DNA from: Eledone cirrhosa
Lineage: Eukaryota
DNA length: 64,000 nucleotides
Assembly: GCA_964016885.1 (NCBI GenBank)
Contig: OZ024742.1
Coordinates: 97,402,001-97,466,000 of the forward strand
Direction: 5' to 3'
In this document: piece after piece, positions 26,888-38,939 of the stretch
Layout: each line of letters opens with the position of its first letter
How positions within the stretch are numbered: position 1 is the stretch's first letter
Notes under the pieces: generated by a model
Told to the model about the DNA's origin: nothing
The model's input: only the letters and a program-made list of their open reading frames with translations
Database searches by the model: none
Program-made: the position numbers and the translations under genes

Positions 26888-27494
26888 CATCATCATCATC
26901 ATCATCATCATTTTACGTCCGCTTTTCCCTGATTGCAAGGGTGGGACGGGTCTTATTCAGCACAGCATCTCTCCACTAGTCACGGTCCTTCGTCATGTCC
27001 ACCGTGCGCTTCAATGATCTGAGGTCTGTTCTCACCACCTCCGCCCATGTTTATCGTGGTCTACCTCTACCACGTCTTCCTTCAACTAGCAATTCCTGGC
27101 ACTTCTTCACCCATCGGCCATCCTCCATGCGCATCACATGTCTATACCACATCAGTCTCCTCTCCCGTACACTACATTCTATCCCTCTCAGACACAGTTT
27201 CTCTCTCAACACATTTATGCTGGGTCGTTCACGCACATTTACACTGCACATCCAACGGAGCATGCTTGCCTCATTTCTCTCCAGCCGTCGCATATCCTCT
27301 GCAGTTGCTGCCCATGTCTCACTACCATGCAGCATCGCACTCCTCACACAGGCATCATACAATCGACCTTCCGTACGCAGGGAGAAACGCTTCTTCGTCA
27401 GCAGAGGAAGCAGCTCCCTAAACTTCTTCCAACCCGTCCTTATTCTAGATACTATGGCCTCGGAACACCCTCCTCCCATGCTAATCTGATCTCC
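26888..27494 (-). mobile_element. 5'-truncated RTE LINE 3' end with (ATG)n tail
   Basis: [52 protein letters not shown]; ends GGACGTAAA(ATG)n. Confidence 0.9.
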
Positions 27495-27584
27495 TATATA
27501 TATATATATATGTATACATATATATATAAATGTATATATATATATATATTTGTATGCATATATATATATATGTATATGTATGTA

Positions 27585-27648
<64 letters not shown>

Positions 27649-27894
27649 CATATATATATATATATATATATGTATATGTATGTATGCATATATATATATA
27701 TATATATAGATAATTTAATATATCAACTAACATAGGCGCACAGATGCACGTCCATGCCAGCAAATACACAGGTTATGTCATAGTACCTAGGTGGTTCAAT
27801 GCAGGAAGGTGCAGAACAATAATATAAAAGACGTAAAATAAGAAAATACTTTTTAAAAAAATTTTTAAAAAATTTTTTACTTACTTAAATTTTC

Positions 27895-27976
27895 ACTCCA
27901 ACTAATTAGTTTCTGCAATGGGATAAAGACAGTTACATAATCCAACTGTCGAGAATTCATTGCGTCATCAGGGAGT
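27895..27976 (-). ncRNA. Type I hammerhead ribozyme in a solo pLTR-like segment
   Basis: Minus strand: ACTCC-CTGATGA-CGCAATG..CATTGCA-GAAA-CTAATTAG-TT-GGAGT; palindromic stem III; about 185 bp from (AT)n. Confidence 0.72.
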
Positions 27977-28708
27977 CTATTCTCAGCTGAGCCTCCAGGC
28001 AATGCGCGGACACTGGCGGCTCATATAAAAATAATAATAATAATTCGGTAGAAAGAACAGCTAGGCGAGGACTGGATTCTATGTACTGAAATTCTCACTG
28101 TTTCCAGTCAAATGGCCGATTCTAAAGAATCAATCACGTGACATAGAGGCTAGTTAGAAGGAATGGGATGGTAAGATGACTGACGCCTACTAATGATGAT
28201 GATGATGATGATGATGATGATATATATATATAGATATATATATGTAGTCACTCATAAACTTGTTTTAATTGGTGGTAAAATTACATTTTAAATTATTTAA
28301 TTAGATGATGAAGTAATGTTATCAACCATACATTGCTCCTTCGTGGAACTGTAGAGCAAAAACACATGTTCAATCAAAATCTGCAGATGTTGCAGAATAT
28401 ACTTGGCAGAAACATTGTAGTGGTTTTTGCTCTGGCTCTTTTCCTTTCTTCTTGTTTTGTCCAATTTGGTCCTCCAACGTTTAGTCTGTATATATTTACA
28501 TATAATCACAAAATTAAAATTTTGAAGAAAGTTTCCACTCTGGCCTTTTGTTTTTAATAAATATTAATATTTAACTTTGTTCCTGCACCAGCCACATGAT
28601 ACCACATCTACGATGGATGATCTGCATAACGTTGAGTGCTTTAATTCTTGAATCATTATTTACTAACCAGAATCACCAGTACTACCCATTGGTAAACAGC
28701 ATAACACT

Positions 28709-28747
<39 letters not shown>

Positions 28748-28806
28748 GCACATATGTATAATATATATTGGTTGGATATATATATATATATATATATGCA
28801 CATATG

Positions 28807-28876
<70 letters not shown>

Positions 28877-29529
28877 GTATATATATATATCCAACCAACA
28901 TATATTTTGCATCATGCACATTTACACCACACATATAAATATGTGTGTGTGTTTGTACACACATGCACACACACATATATATATAGTTCACTCTCATGAA
29001 GAACTGTAAATAAATTAAGAGCTGATGTGTTTGATGTGTACACGAATCCGGAATGCAGTCTATCGTTACATATTTATAACTCCTCTGAGAAGTGGCGGTG
29101 ATGCAAGCAGGAGCTGGTCAGTGCGACATGGTGGTAGTTGTGTTTAGAAAGGAGTTGGGTGGTAGGCAGGAGATTTTTGGTGATGGAATTTGTGTCGTGC
29201 AATGTTTCAAATGGAATTATTGAAAATGTGCCTCATCTGATTTAGCTAGTGGCTGTGACCAAAATTTTGTAGATTGTTGCTTCTTGAAATGGTTTGTTTC
29301 ACAATTCTTCAATAGCTGCTCCCTTTGTTGTATGTCTTCATTGATAATTCTCTCCTTAGAGGATTCACTACAGCCTCTCTCACCTCTCCCACTCTCTCTT
29401 CCTCTATCTTTTCTTCTATTTCTCTCTTATTCATTGCATTACTCTCTATATTGTTATCAATGCAATTATTGGTTTCTCTATGTCCATATCCTTCTCCCCT
29501 TTCTGCTTATCTCCTTATATATATATAAT

Positions 29530-29642
<113 letters not shown>

Positions 29643-29922
29643 ATATATATATATATATTTATTTATATATACACACACACAAATATATATGTATATATAT
29701 AGCTGCATGTGTGTGTTTTGTGGGAAGGGTGTCTGTGTCTGCATGTATAACTATGTCTATCAATAGAATAAACAACAACAATTGAATTATGCTGGTGTCA
29801 TAAAGAGAAGAAATATTTAAAGTTAGGGCAGAATGTTTTATGAAAGACATATATATAGATGTAAAGATTGTGAAATACATACATACCATACATACTAACA
29901 TTCATAAACAAATACATATATT

Positions 29923-29958
<36 letters not shown>

Positions 29959-30316
29959 CCCACACATGCATACATAAATGCAAACATTCTCACAACTATT
30001 TACATTATGATTTTTCTGTATATTTGTATTTACATAAGCACAACATTAGATGTGTAACCCAACATAGATATCAGGGTAGATATTATTTAGATATCATTTC
30101 AAATGGATATATCTGTGATCCTCACTGAATAATATCATTCTACTGGATAATGATGTTAAATCACGTTATCAACCTAAACCTAAAGATACCGAATTCTGTA
30201 TTTTATATTTACCAAAATGCTACACTGCAAGCCTGCATGCATGTAGTGAACACTTTAATGTTTTAGTACATATATCAATAAATATCAATACCTACATTCT
30301 CTTTCTCTTGCTCTCT

Positions 30317-30357
<41 letters not shown>

Positions 30358-30371
30358 CGTCGAAATATATA

Positions 30372-30710
30372 TCATCATCATTTCATTTTACGTCCACTTT
30401 TTCCCTGCTTGCAAGGGTGGGACGGGAACTGATTCTTGCTTGATTTCTACAGCTGGATGCCCTTCCTAACACCAACCTCATTTACAGTGAGTGCTGGGTG
30501 CTCTTTTTGCCGTGGCACCTCCACGACCACTTTGCAGTGGAATGATAGGGACCTCAGTCCCTATCATCTCATTTCTACAGCTGAGTAAACTGGACAATGT
30601 GAAATAAAGTGTCTTGCTCAAGGAAACAACACATCACCCGGTCTGAGAATTGAACTCACAACCTTTCAATTGCAAGGCCAATACTCTAATCACTAAGCCA
30701 TGTGCCTCCA
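30372..30710 (-). mobile_element. Family B SINE: tRNA-derived head plus RTE-derived 3' tail
   Basis: A/B boxes, CCTTGAGCAAGACAC, hairpin ATGATAGGGAC/GTCCCTATCAT, then sequence matching the RTE 3' UTR and (ATG)n. Confidence 0.85.
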
Positions 30711-30852
30711 GCCATATGCATATATATATGGCTGTCTAAACCCACGCTAGCATGGAAGATAGACGTTAAACGATGATCATGATGATATATATATACTCGT
30801 ATATATACTCTTTCTGTATATACATTTATACTCATATATATATACATATATA

Positions 30853-31450
30853 TCATCATCATTATCATCACCGTTTTACGTCTGTTCTTCCATGCTAGCA
30901 TGGGTTAGACGGGTTGTCCTGCTGTGGGCAGTGTCTGGTCGGCTGACCTTGTCTTACTCATAAGGGAACTGATTTTGGCTTGCTTTCTACAGCTGGATGC
31001 CCTTCCTAACACAAACCTCATTTACAGTGAGTGCTGGGTGTTTTTTCCGTGGCGCCTACACGTCCACTTTACAGTGTGGGCCAGGTGCTGTTTTTGCCAT
31101 GGCACCTCCACGACCATTTTGCAGTGGGAGGGTGTGGCAGCATATTCTCTATATGCTTCAGCTTGTACCCATGGGAGGTCGGGTACTCTGTATTAATGCG
31201 TGACGCGAGAGGTCACGGTCATGTGTCATCACCTTTGAGAGGTGCAATTGGGTAAGCTCGGCTTTTATCACCCCATCCCAGGTCTTCTCGGGTCTCCCCA
31301 CTCTGTGGTTTCCATTGACTTCCAGTGCTCTGCACCTTTTTATGCAGCTGTCATCCTTCATACGCATCACATGTCCATACCAACACAACCGCCTCTCCTG
31401 CACACAGCATTTGATTCCTCTTATGCTTAGTCCCTCTCTCAATTCATTTA
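30853..31450 (-). mobile_element. 5'-truncated RTE LINE, same family as 48830-51045
   Basis: INELREGLSIRGIKCCVQERRL..TRPPMGTS plus near-identical 3' UTR. Confidence 0.92.
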
Positions 31451-31935
31451 TATATATGTATGAGTATATATAGATATGCATAAAGAATCCGCAGACACTC
31501 ACATATATACACATGCACACAATGGACACATGACAAATTCAGACTTACATGTGTACATACACATACACACACTCACAAACAATACAGAAAGTGCACAGAC
31601 ACACACAAACACACACTTCCATCAAAGATGTACCAACTACATTCACACACATGGAACAATAATGCCCTTCATCAAAAAGGCACTCCAAACAGCACCCATG
31701 GACTCTTTACCTTGCCCCCCCCCCCCCCCCCCCCCGCCTTCCTAAGCATGAAACTAATAAGATTGTACTTTTGCATCTCTAGGTTGGTCTTGTCTATTCT
31801 TGAACTATATATATATATATATATGAAAAATTCATATTTCCCACTCTACTACTCCAAGTATTGAGTACTTTGGTGAGTAATGGTCTAATTGGTTTATACC
31901 ATCTCCATTCTGACATATATATATATTATATATAT

Positions 31936-32467
31936 GATGGCTTCCCCCTCGTTATCGAATATGGCCATTGCACGATATACCATTAATAATAATTATTAAT
32001 TAATTCTATTGTGCAATGCCTGTGCATGAAGATATTTTTTTAAAGTGCGGAAAGACTGTGCACTGAGCCAATCCCACTCTCTGAGCGACAGTAGCTCTAA
32101 ACCGAAAAGAAAAAAAGATCAGCATCATTGGTAACTACTGAGCCACAGGTTTTATATCAGAGTTAGCCCAGTTTCCTGAGTTGCCTTCTCTTAGAAGAAT
32201 GCCCTGACAAAGGCTAGGGATCCATAACTCCCACTGGTTTAACTGCGCGGTACATGTGTATATACATATTTACACACTTTTGGATGGCCGTTGACTCTTA
32301 TGAGTTCTTCCGCCCTTTGTCAGGTTTTGTTTTTTTTCCTGCAGGTGTCCAAAATCACCCTCCTCACCATGTAAACTTGGTGGGGTTGCCAGTTTAGTCG
32401 CCGACGACCCGACCATGCGACAGGTTGTACTGGGTTACATGTTACCAGTAGCACTCAAGAGTGACCC
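31936..32467 (-). mobile_element. Probable short non-autonomous RTE-derived element (5' UTR-like part plus 3' end)
   Basis: GC-richer island with 5' GGGTCAC..GGGTCGTCGGCGACTAAACTGG; ends ATATTCGATAACGAGGGGGAAGCCATCA next to (TA)n; family call is by resemblance only. Confidence 0.5.
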
Positions 32468-32539
32468 AACATAAAAACAAAACATAAAAATAGATATTAT
32501 ATATACATACATACAAGCATACATATGATTTTTAAATTG

Positions 32540-33910
32540 TAGAAAAACCACAAGTCAATCTAGTAACGTCTCTACCAATGGCCTTATATATACGCCGGTA
32601 TCTGACAAGGACCACCAGAGATACCTTGGGATACATGAAAAAATATTCTGTGACAGAATTTCCATCAAGGAATGAGTAACAAGGGAATATAACACCCGGA
32701 TAAGAAAAATAGGGTCTTCTGAACTCTTTGCACACAACAGATCAGTGCTACACAGTTTGTTTGCTGTACAAGTGCTAACACTAACATTTGGACTACTTGA
32801 CTTGATGCCAGATGAGATCTAAACAATTGATGTTAAAACCGGAAAGATCCTAATCAACAACAGAAGCTTCCACATCAACAGTGACATAGACTGCTTCAAC
32901 TTGAAACATAAACAGAGAGGCAGAGGCTTAATGTTATTCTACACACTATTTGGATGTCACATCACAAACCTCTGATAACATCTACCACCAAGCCTAGAAG
33001 CGAATCTATTGTCGAAGTCTGTCTGCACGAGGCAGATATCATTATGAGAGAAAGTTAGGAAGGATCTCCTTGATAAATACTAACTCTATGATAATGATAA
33101 ACTCACATCCAAGGAAATTTCACAGCAATACCACAATGAATCCATGGATGAACACCACATACTTATCAGTGAAAAATCATGCATGGCTATGCTGGCATAA
33201 CACTTCAAAATGAGAGTAATATAAATTAGCAAATTAGTCTATCTTGCCCTAACAGCTTGTATATTGGCTCTTTGAAGGATATTCTTTTGTAATCAAATAA
33301 GAGAAAATAACAACAAAATACCAGATCTGCAAAAGAAATAGGAATGCAGGCAAAACACCTAGATGGGACAACAGATGCAGATTCTGCAGAATAAAAATTG
33401 AAGATGTCACACATATCATAAGCAGTTGTTCAAAGATGTCATCACAATATTATCTGCTATAAAACATGATTTAGTGGCCAAAACACTACACAATGCCATC
33501 CATAGAAAGGATAGTCTTGGGAGTAAACATATAAAACGTTATAGTGATGTGGAGTACATAAAATATGCATACATAATGTGAAAGTGTTCTGGTGGCATAT
33601 TCCATTCAAAGCCCCAATAAAAGAAGGCATGCAGAGTATTGGAAATCAGCTGCCCAGGAGATGTCAATATATTGCTAAAGACTAGTGAAAAGGAAGACAT
33701 TTGTACTGAAGTAATGAGGAATCTGCAGATACTCCACTCTGACTATAGCTTTAGATTTGTACCTGTGATCATTGAGGTTCTGTGAAATGATACTAACTAC
33801 CTCAGTACAAACCTTGAAAAGCTGGGATTCACAGAATCAGAAAGTGCATGACTAGTTAGGAAATTGCAAGTACAATCCATGAATGGAACTGTAAAAATAT
33901 GAAAAATATG
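32540..33910 (+). mobile_element. Degenerate RLE-type (R4/Dong-like) LINE 3' half
   Basis: RGRGL, CRFCRIKIEDVTHIISSCSKM, HDLVAK, LEISCP..SEKED..FVPVII in broken frames. Confidence 0.72.
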
Positions 33911-34179
33911 TAATGGTTGTAGCACCCTCTGTCAAATATAATGTAGTACTATAACTTAATATAATATTCTACATTTCATACTTCTCTACTTAGCTATGAT
34001 GCCTGTACCACAGAATTTAAACAATGAATTTCCAAACAATACACATACAAAACACCTTTCTAGTAAATCTTAATATCTATAAAATCATTTTCTCTCCATA
34101 GTGCCTGTGAGAATATTCCAATTAATTCAAAATACTGTAACATCTAATGAAATTACTTCATCTTTGTGAAGACTTATAG

Positions 34180-34680
34180 ATTAGTGGATAGGTTGTTCAG
34201 CTTATGATCATAAGGCGATGAGTTTGAGACCCAGTGATGCAGTGTGTCCTTGAGCAAGACATTTAATTTCATGCTGCTCCAGTCCATTCAATTGAAAAAA
34301 TGTGCTGGACACTTAATTCAAAGGGCCAGCCATGTCACAACACTCCTGTCGCAAGGAACCACTCAGGATACTACAAGGGTCAGCTGAAATGTTCAGAGGC
34401 TGACTAAGATACTCTCATGGAATTAACAAATGGGGTTTATTTTTCAAAATAGTCCCTGGAAAGAAACAACACAATTACTAATAAGAAGAAGTGAAACTAA
34501 TGCCTGCAAGATTTCACAGCTCTAGCATCACTATTTCATAGTCAGCCTATGAACTTTTCAGCCGACCTTTGTATGCTACGGGTGCATGTGACTGTAGAAT
34601 GCTCAGTCACTTGTAAATTAATTTTGTGAGCAGACAGTTCCTTTGTATGAACCACTATAACTCTCGCTGTCAAAATCAAT
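34180..34680 (+). mobile_element. Old family B-like SINE interrupted by the 198-bp MITE (34374-34571)
   Basis: GAGTTTGAGACCC..GTGTCCTTGAGCAAGACA; MITE TIRs with TA flanks. Confidence 0.72.
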
Positions 34681-35106
34681 GGCAGTCCTATATAACACAA
34701 GCACTACAGATTTTAAACAATGAATTCCCCTACAATTCACTATATAATATCTTTACACTAAAGCTGAATATCTATTGAGCTATTTCTTTCTATACTGTCT
34801 GTAAGAGACCAATCCAAATTAATCTACCAAACTGTGTCATTTAATGGCATCATTTCAAATTAATGTATTACTTCTTGGAATTTTCAATTTCTTCAGCTGC
34901 TTGGCATCATTGACTTACCATATTTTTCTTATATTTTGTCAAACAAATTAAAATTCCTCTTTATTTTTATTTATGATTGAATTTATTTTTTTGTTGCTGT
35001 AGTTGAACTCATTGCAGTTAAAGAAAGGCCTGAGGGAAATCAATTGACCCAGTGAATTTAAACAACCAGTGATGCAACACTATTAATATTATTAGCAATA
35101 ATCACA

Positions 35107-35128
35107 CTACTACTACTACTACTACTAG

Positions 35129-35183
<55 letters not shown>

Positions 35184-35222
35184 GCTACTACTATTACTAC
35201 TACTACTACTAATAATAATAAT
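35107..35222. repeat. (CTA)n/(AAT)n tract at the 3' end of the Tx1 element
   Basis: Direct. Confidence 0.95.
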
Positions 35223-35484
35223 GATTTCTTTATTAACCACAAGGGTTTACATAAAGTAGACATTAAGGACAGTGCAGGACAATGCAGGACGGTACAAATG
35301 GGCATTTCTGCGTGTAAAAAAACAAAAATAGAGGATGTAACAAAAATAACAATGAAAATAACAATGAAAAATTCCCCAATAGGGGGGAGACTTCGGAGGG
35401 ACATTTGTGGAGAAAGCCCAGTAAAAAGCCACAATGACCCTGACCACCAAGGCAAGTGCCCTCTCCCAGTTTTCCACCTTTAGT

Positions 35485-38400
35485 TTACAGATATATACTC
35501 AGAGTCGGCCCATTCACTCGGGCCATTCTTGCTTCTCTCACCCATCTTTCAACAAAATGCTGGGAAGAGAGCACTTCCTTCTCTACTCTGATTTTCCTTT
35601 TCAAATGAAATTTGAAAAAGTCAATCAGAGCATCACCGAAGAGGTAAGTGCTCGTCTTCAGCCCTTTCAAACGTGTCCACCATACTATCTCTTTCGCCAT
35701 GGCCACCAGACAGATAAAAACTGCCTGCCCTTCCCGGCTAAAGGAGGAGGGCGGGGCAATCCTCACGATAGACTCAGATGATAGCTGGATCCGTCCTAAA
35801 CGCGACAGCAGGTGTTCGACATAAACCCACAAGTCAGCAATTTTCGGACACTGGACGAGTGCGTGCAGGACGGTTTCGTCGCCCTGCGCGCATCTCGGAC
35901 ATGCCCGGCTGACGGCACCTCCATGCCTGTAGAGTTTATCCCGAACTGGCAAGGCTCCTCGGTAGCACTGCCAGGCCAGAGATTTCTGGAAGTTGTCCAT
36001 AGGCCCTGGCCCGAAGGTTCTTCCGAAGAGATTGGCTAGTTGATTTTCGTCGACGCCTAGAGTTTCCCCAAGTACGTCGTCGCTCTTCCCCTCCACTAAT
36101 CCTCTATAGAACGCCGAGGTGGAGTTTCCACCGATCACATTGCCCGATTGGTCGAGGGCTGTGAGCGCCTGAAGACATTCCAGTCTCCAGGCGCTCCCTC
36201 TCGGTCTTCGCTTGACCCAGGACTGCAGCTCCGTCAAGGAAACGAGCTGGGGAAAAACGCGTCTAGCAAACGGCGACCACACCTGATCACCGTCGAGGAA
36301 GAGGTGGAGATGTCGTAGCCTGAGCGCGTGCCTGCGCATCATCAGCCACGGCATGCCCAGCCCTCCACGTAGCGGGTGTTGACAACAGATGGACCGCCTG
36401 ACCATCGGAGCACGTCCCTTCCACAAAAAGCGAAAGAGCAAACGCTCCAGCGCAGTCAGGCGAGGCTTAGGACAAGGTACGACGGTTAGGCGGTAGCAGA
36501 TGACAGACGCGATGTACGCGTTAGCCACCTCCGCTCGACCTTTCAGGGATAGCTTCCTCTCCGCCCATTTCTGGGTGAGAGAAGCCACCCTGCTCGTCAC
36601 CTCGTCCCAGTTTTTGTCCGTCTGGAGGTCCGGACCGAACCAGACCCCTAGCAATTTAACCGGTCCGTCCGTCCAGCGCCCGACGACGCTGTTGGACGGC
36701 ATGGACCTGCCTCTCCAGGTGCCGAGCTGCAGGCCCACTGACTTTTCCTGGTTGATCATTGCTCCTGTCACCGCTTCGTATTCTCTTAGTGTAGTGCCGA
36801 TCGCCTCGATGTGTTTGGCGTTCGACACCACTACGGTGACATCGTCCGCATATGCTGACACGGATCTTCCGCATCCTAGTTCGCGCGGGACTCCCCTCAA
36901 CGTCTCCAGTTTGTGCAGTAATGGCTCGAGAGTCAATACGTACAAGAGGGACGAGAGGGGACATCCTTGGCGGACCGAGCGCATGATGTTGAACGGTTCC
37001 GACAGGTGACCGTTCACTCTCACCACAGAGCAGATGTCGCTGTGCATGGCAGCGATCCAGCCTCTGAAGACGGGCCCAAAGCCAGCCGCCCTCAGGACTG
37101 CCGCTAGGTAACGATGGTCGACCCTATCGAAAGCTTTCGACTGATCTAAATTGATCAAGGACCCACCCGTGCCAGGTTCCCTAGCTACCCTCTCTACGAT
37201 GTATCGCATGAGGTGGAGGTTGTCGTGGATGGATCTGTCGGGAATGGCGCATGTCTGCGCCTCTCCCACCAGACCACCAACGACAAGCGCCAACCTCTTT
37301 GCTAGCACCTTGGCCAAAATCTTAAACTCTGTGTTTAGCAGAGTTATGGGCCGGAAATTGTCTATGTTATCCCCCTTGTTCGGATCCTTTCTCAGCAGTG
37401 CCACCGCTCCTCGGCTCACAGAACTGGGAATTCTCCCGTTCTGTTGCCAGTTGCAGTAGACGTCCGCCAAGAGGCCTCCGAACAAGTCTGGCATCTGTAC
37501 GTAAAGTTCATAGGGCAGACCATCCAAACCAGGCGATTTACCCCTTGTGCAGCCAGTCATTGCCTCCCTTACTTCAGCGGCTGTTATCGGCTTTTCGCAA
37601 CACTTCGCCTCAGTGGCCGAGAGCCGCGGCAGTCCGTCGAGGTAGACACTAAAGTCCATCCCTCTACCCGGCCCCCCGCTGCCCCCGAACAGCTGAGCGA
37701 AGTGTCGCTGAAAAGCTTCACACATTTGCCCGGGATCGAGTAGCATGCGCCCGTCGTGGTCCACCAAAGACCGGATCGTGGCTTTGTTGCCACGACGCGC
37801 CTCCGCCACTCGGGCCCATTGAACGGCTTTCGTCCCCTCGTGTCTGAGAGCACGCACCCTAGCTCTGACAACGCAGCCTTCGTGCTTTGCACTGAAGAAT
37901 TGGTCAAGGGCCAATTTCGCCGCAAGCACGTCGGTCGCAATGCCTTTGCTAAGCGCCTCGTCTAATTTTCTAACTAGTTCTCCCTCTGCTCTATTTTTCT
38001 CTATTGCTAAAGCCTTACTAAACCTAATCGATTCTATTCTAATCGCTCTTTTCAGAGCAAACCACCACTTGTTGTTGACGATGGCCCCCGTCAACGCCCG
38101 CTTAACTAGTTCGCTAATCCGGTCTCTGTAGGCCTTGCGCGCTGGTAAGGACGCGTTTAGCTTCCAGTAGCCGGGTCCTCGTCTATGAAGCCTATCTAAG
38201 TCAAGCACACAGATCACGAATTTGTGGTCCGTGTAGCTGACTATCTTGAATTGTGGACAGCCTATGCTAGACCTATCTATTTCCCTACAAAATACTCTAT
38301 CTAGATATGATCTGGATGACCCTATGCGGTTTGTCCAAGTCCACATTGGCACATTCGGGAAATCCAATCGGTACCTGTCAGACAGTTCAAAACGCCTGAG

Positions 38401-38904
38401 CAGGTTGGTGAGGCTCTTGCACCCTCCACCCCTATCCGCTAATCCCACACAGTCCCAGCGTGCATCTAAGATCCCGTTCCAGTCGCCCACTAACACTAAA
38501 GAGCGGGACGTTCCAAGAAAGGTCTCCAGACGCCGGAAGAAATCAGGCCGCCCTGCTCCTGTCGGGGCATAGACGGCCACTAGCCTGAAAGCTTGCCCGT
38601 CTCCGCTGGTCACGTCCAGCACCACCAGCTTACCCTCTGGGTCCAGGAAGATGGCCCGTATGGCGAGATCCAAACCTCTCCGAAAAAGCACAGCAACTCC
38701 TCCACCCGATCCAGGACGGCTGGGAGATGCGTACACATCGTAGCCGCCGAAGATCGGTGCGAAGGCCCGTGCTTCGGAGATTCTGGTCTCGCTGATGGCC
38801 ACTACATCTATGTTTAGTGACCTGAGGTCGTTGAGCAGGTGACCCTGCTTCCATAACGACCCCAAGCCACGCGCATTTATGCTGCCTATTCTGAGTGAGG
38901 TCAT
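35485..38904 (-). CDS. LINE ORF2: AP endonuclease, reverse transcriptase and C-terminal CCHC (1139 aa)
   Basis: INARGL, AISET, AVYAP, GDWN, YLDRVF, TDH; KSPGLDGL, FRPITLLN, LDQSKAFDRV, RQGCPLS, YADD; CPRC..ETVLHALVQC. Confidence 0.97.
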   Translation of the reverse strand: MTSLRIGSINARGLGSLWKQGHLLNDLRSLNIDVVAISETRISEARAFAPIFGGYDVYASPSRPGSGGGVAVLFRRGLDLAIRAIFLDPEGKLVVLDVTSGDGQAFRLVAVYAPTGAGRPDFFRRLETFLGTSRSLVLVGDWNGILDARWDCVGLADRGGGCKSLTNLLRRFELSDRYRLDFPNVPMWTWTNRIGSSRSYLDRVFCREIDRSSIGCPQFKIVSYTDHKFVICVLDLDRLHRRGPGYWKLNASLPARKAYRDRISELVKRALTGAIVNNKWWFALKRAIRIESIRFSKALAIEKNRAEGELVRKLDEALSKGIATDVLAAKLALDQFFSAKHEGCVVRARVRALRHEGTKAVQWARVAEARRGNKATIRSLVDHDGRMLLDPGQMCEAFQRHFAQLFGGSGGPGRGMDFSVYLDGLPRLSATEAKCCEKPITAAEVREAMTGCTRGKSPGLDGLPYELYVQMPDLFGGLLADVYCNWQQNGRIPSSVSRGAVALLRKDPNKGDNIDNFRPITLLNTEFKILAKVLAKRLALVVGGLVGEAQTCAIPDRSIHDNLHLMRYIVERVAREPGTGGSLINLDQSKAFDRVDHRYLAAVLRAAGFGPVFRGWIAAMHSDICSVVRVNGHLSEPFNIMRSVRQGCPLSSLLYVLTLEPLLHKLETLRGVPRELGCGRSVSAYADDVTVVVSNAKHIEAIGTTLREYEAVTGAMINQEKSVGLQLGTWRGRSMPSNSVVGRWTDGPVKLLGVWFGPDLQTDKNWDEVTSRVASLTQKWAERKLSLKGRAEVANAYIASVICYRLTVVPCPKPRLTALERLLFRFLWKGRAPMVRRSICCQHPLRGGLGMPWLMMRRHALRLRHLHLFLDGDQVWSPFARRVFPQLVSLTELQSWVKRRPRGSAWRLECLQALTALDQSGNVIGGNSTSAFYRGLVEGKSDDVLGETLGVDENQLANLFGRTFGPGPMDNFQKSLAWQCYRGALPVRDKLYRHGGAVSRACPRCAQGDETVLHALVQCPKIADLWVYVEHLLSRLGRIQLSSESIVRIAPPSSFSREGQAVFICLVAMAKEIVWWTRLKGLKTSTYLFGDALIDFFKFHLKRKIRVEKEVLSSQHFVERWVREARMARVNGPTLSIYL

Positions 38905-38939
38905 GTTTAAAATAGAGTGGAAAAGATGGGAAAGACCAC

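Noticed and set aside
31714-31736. Poly-C tract (also poly-G at 49107-49122) as a G-quadruplex element
   Set aside because: Simple homopolymers with no contextual support
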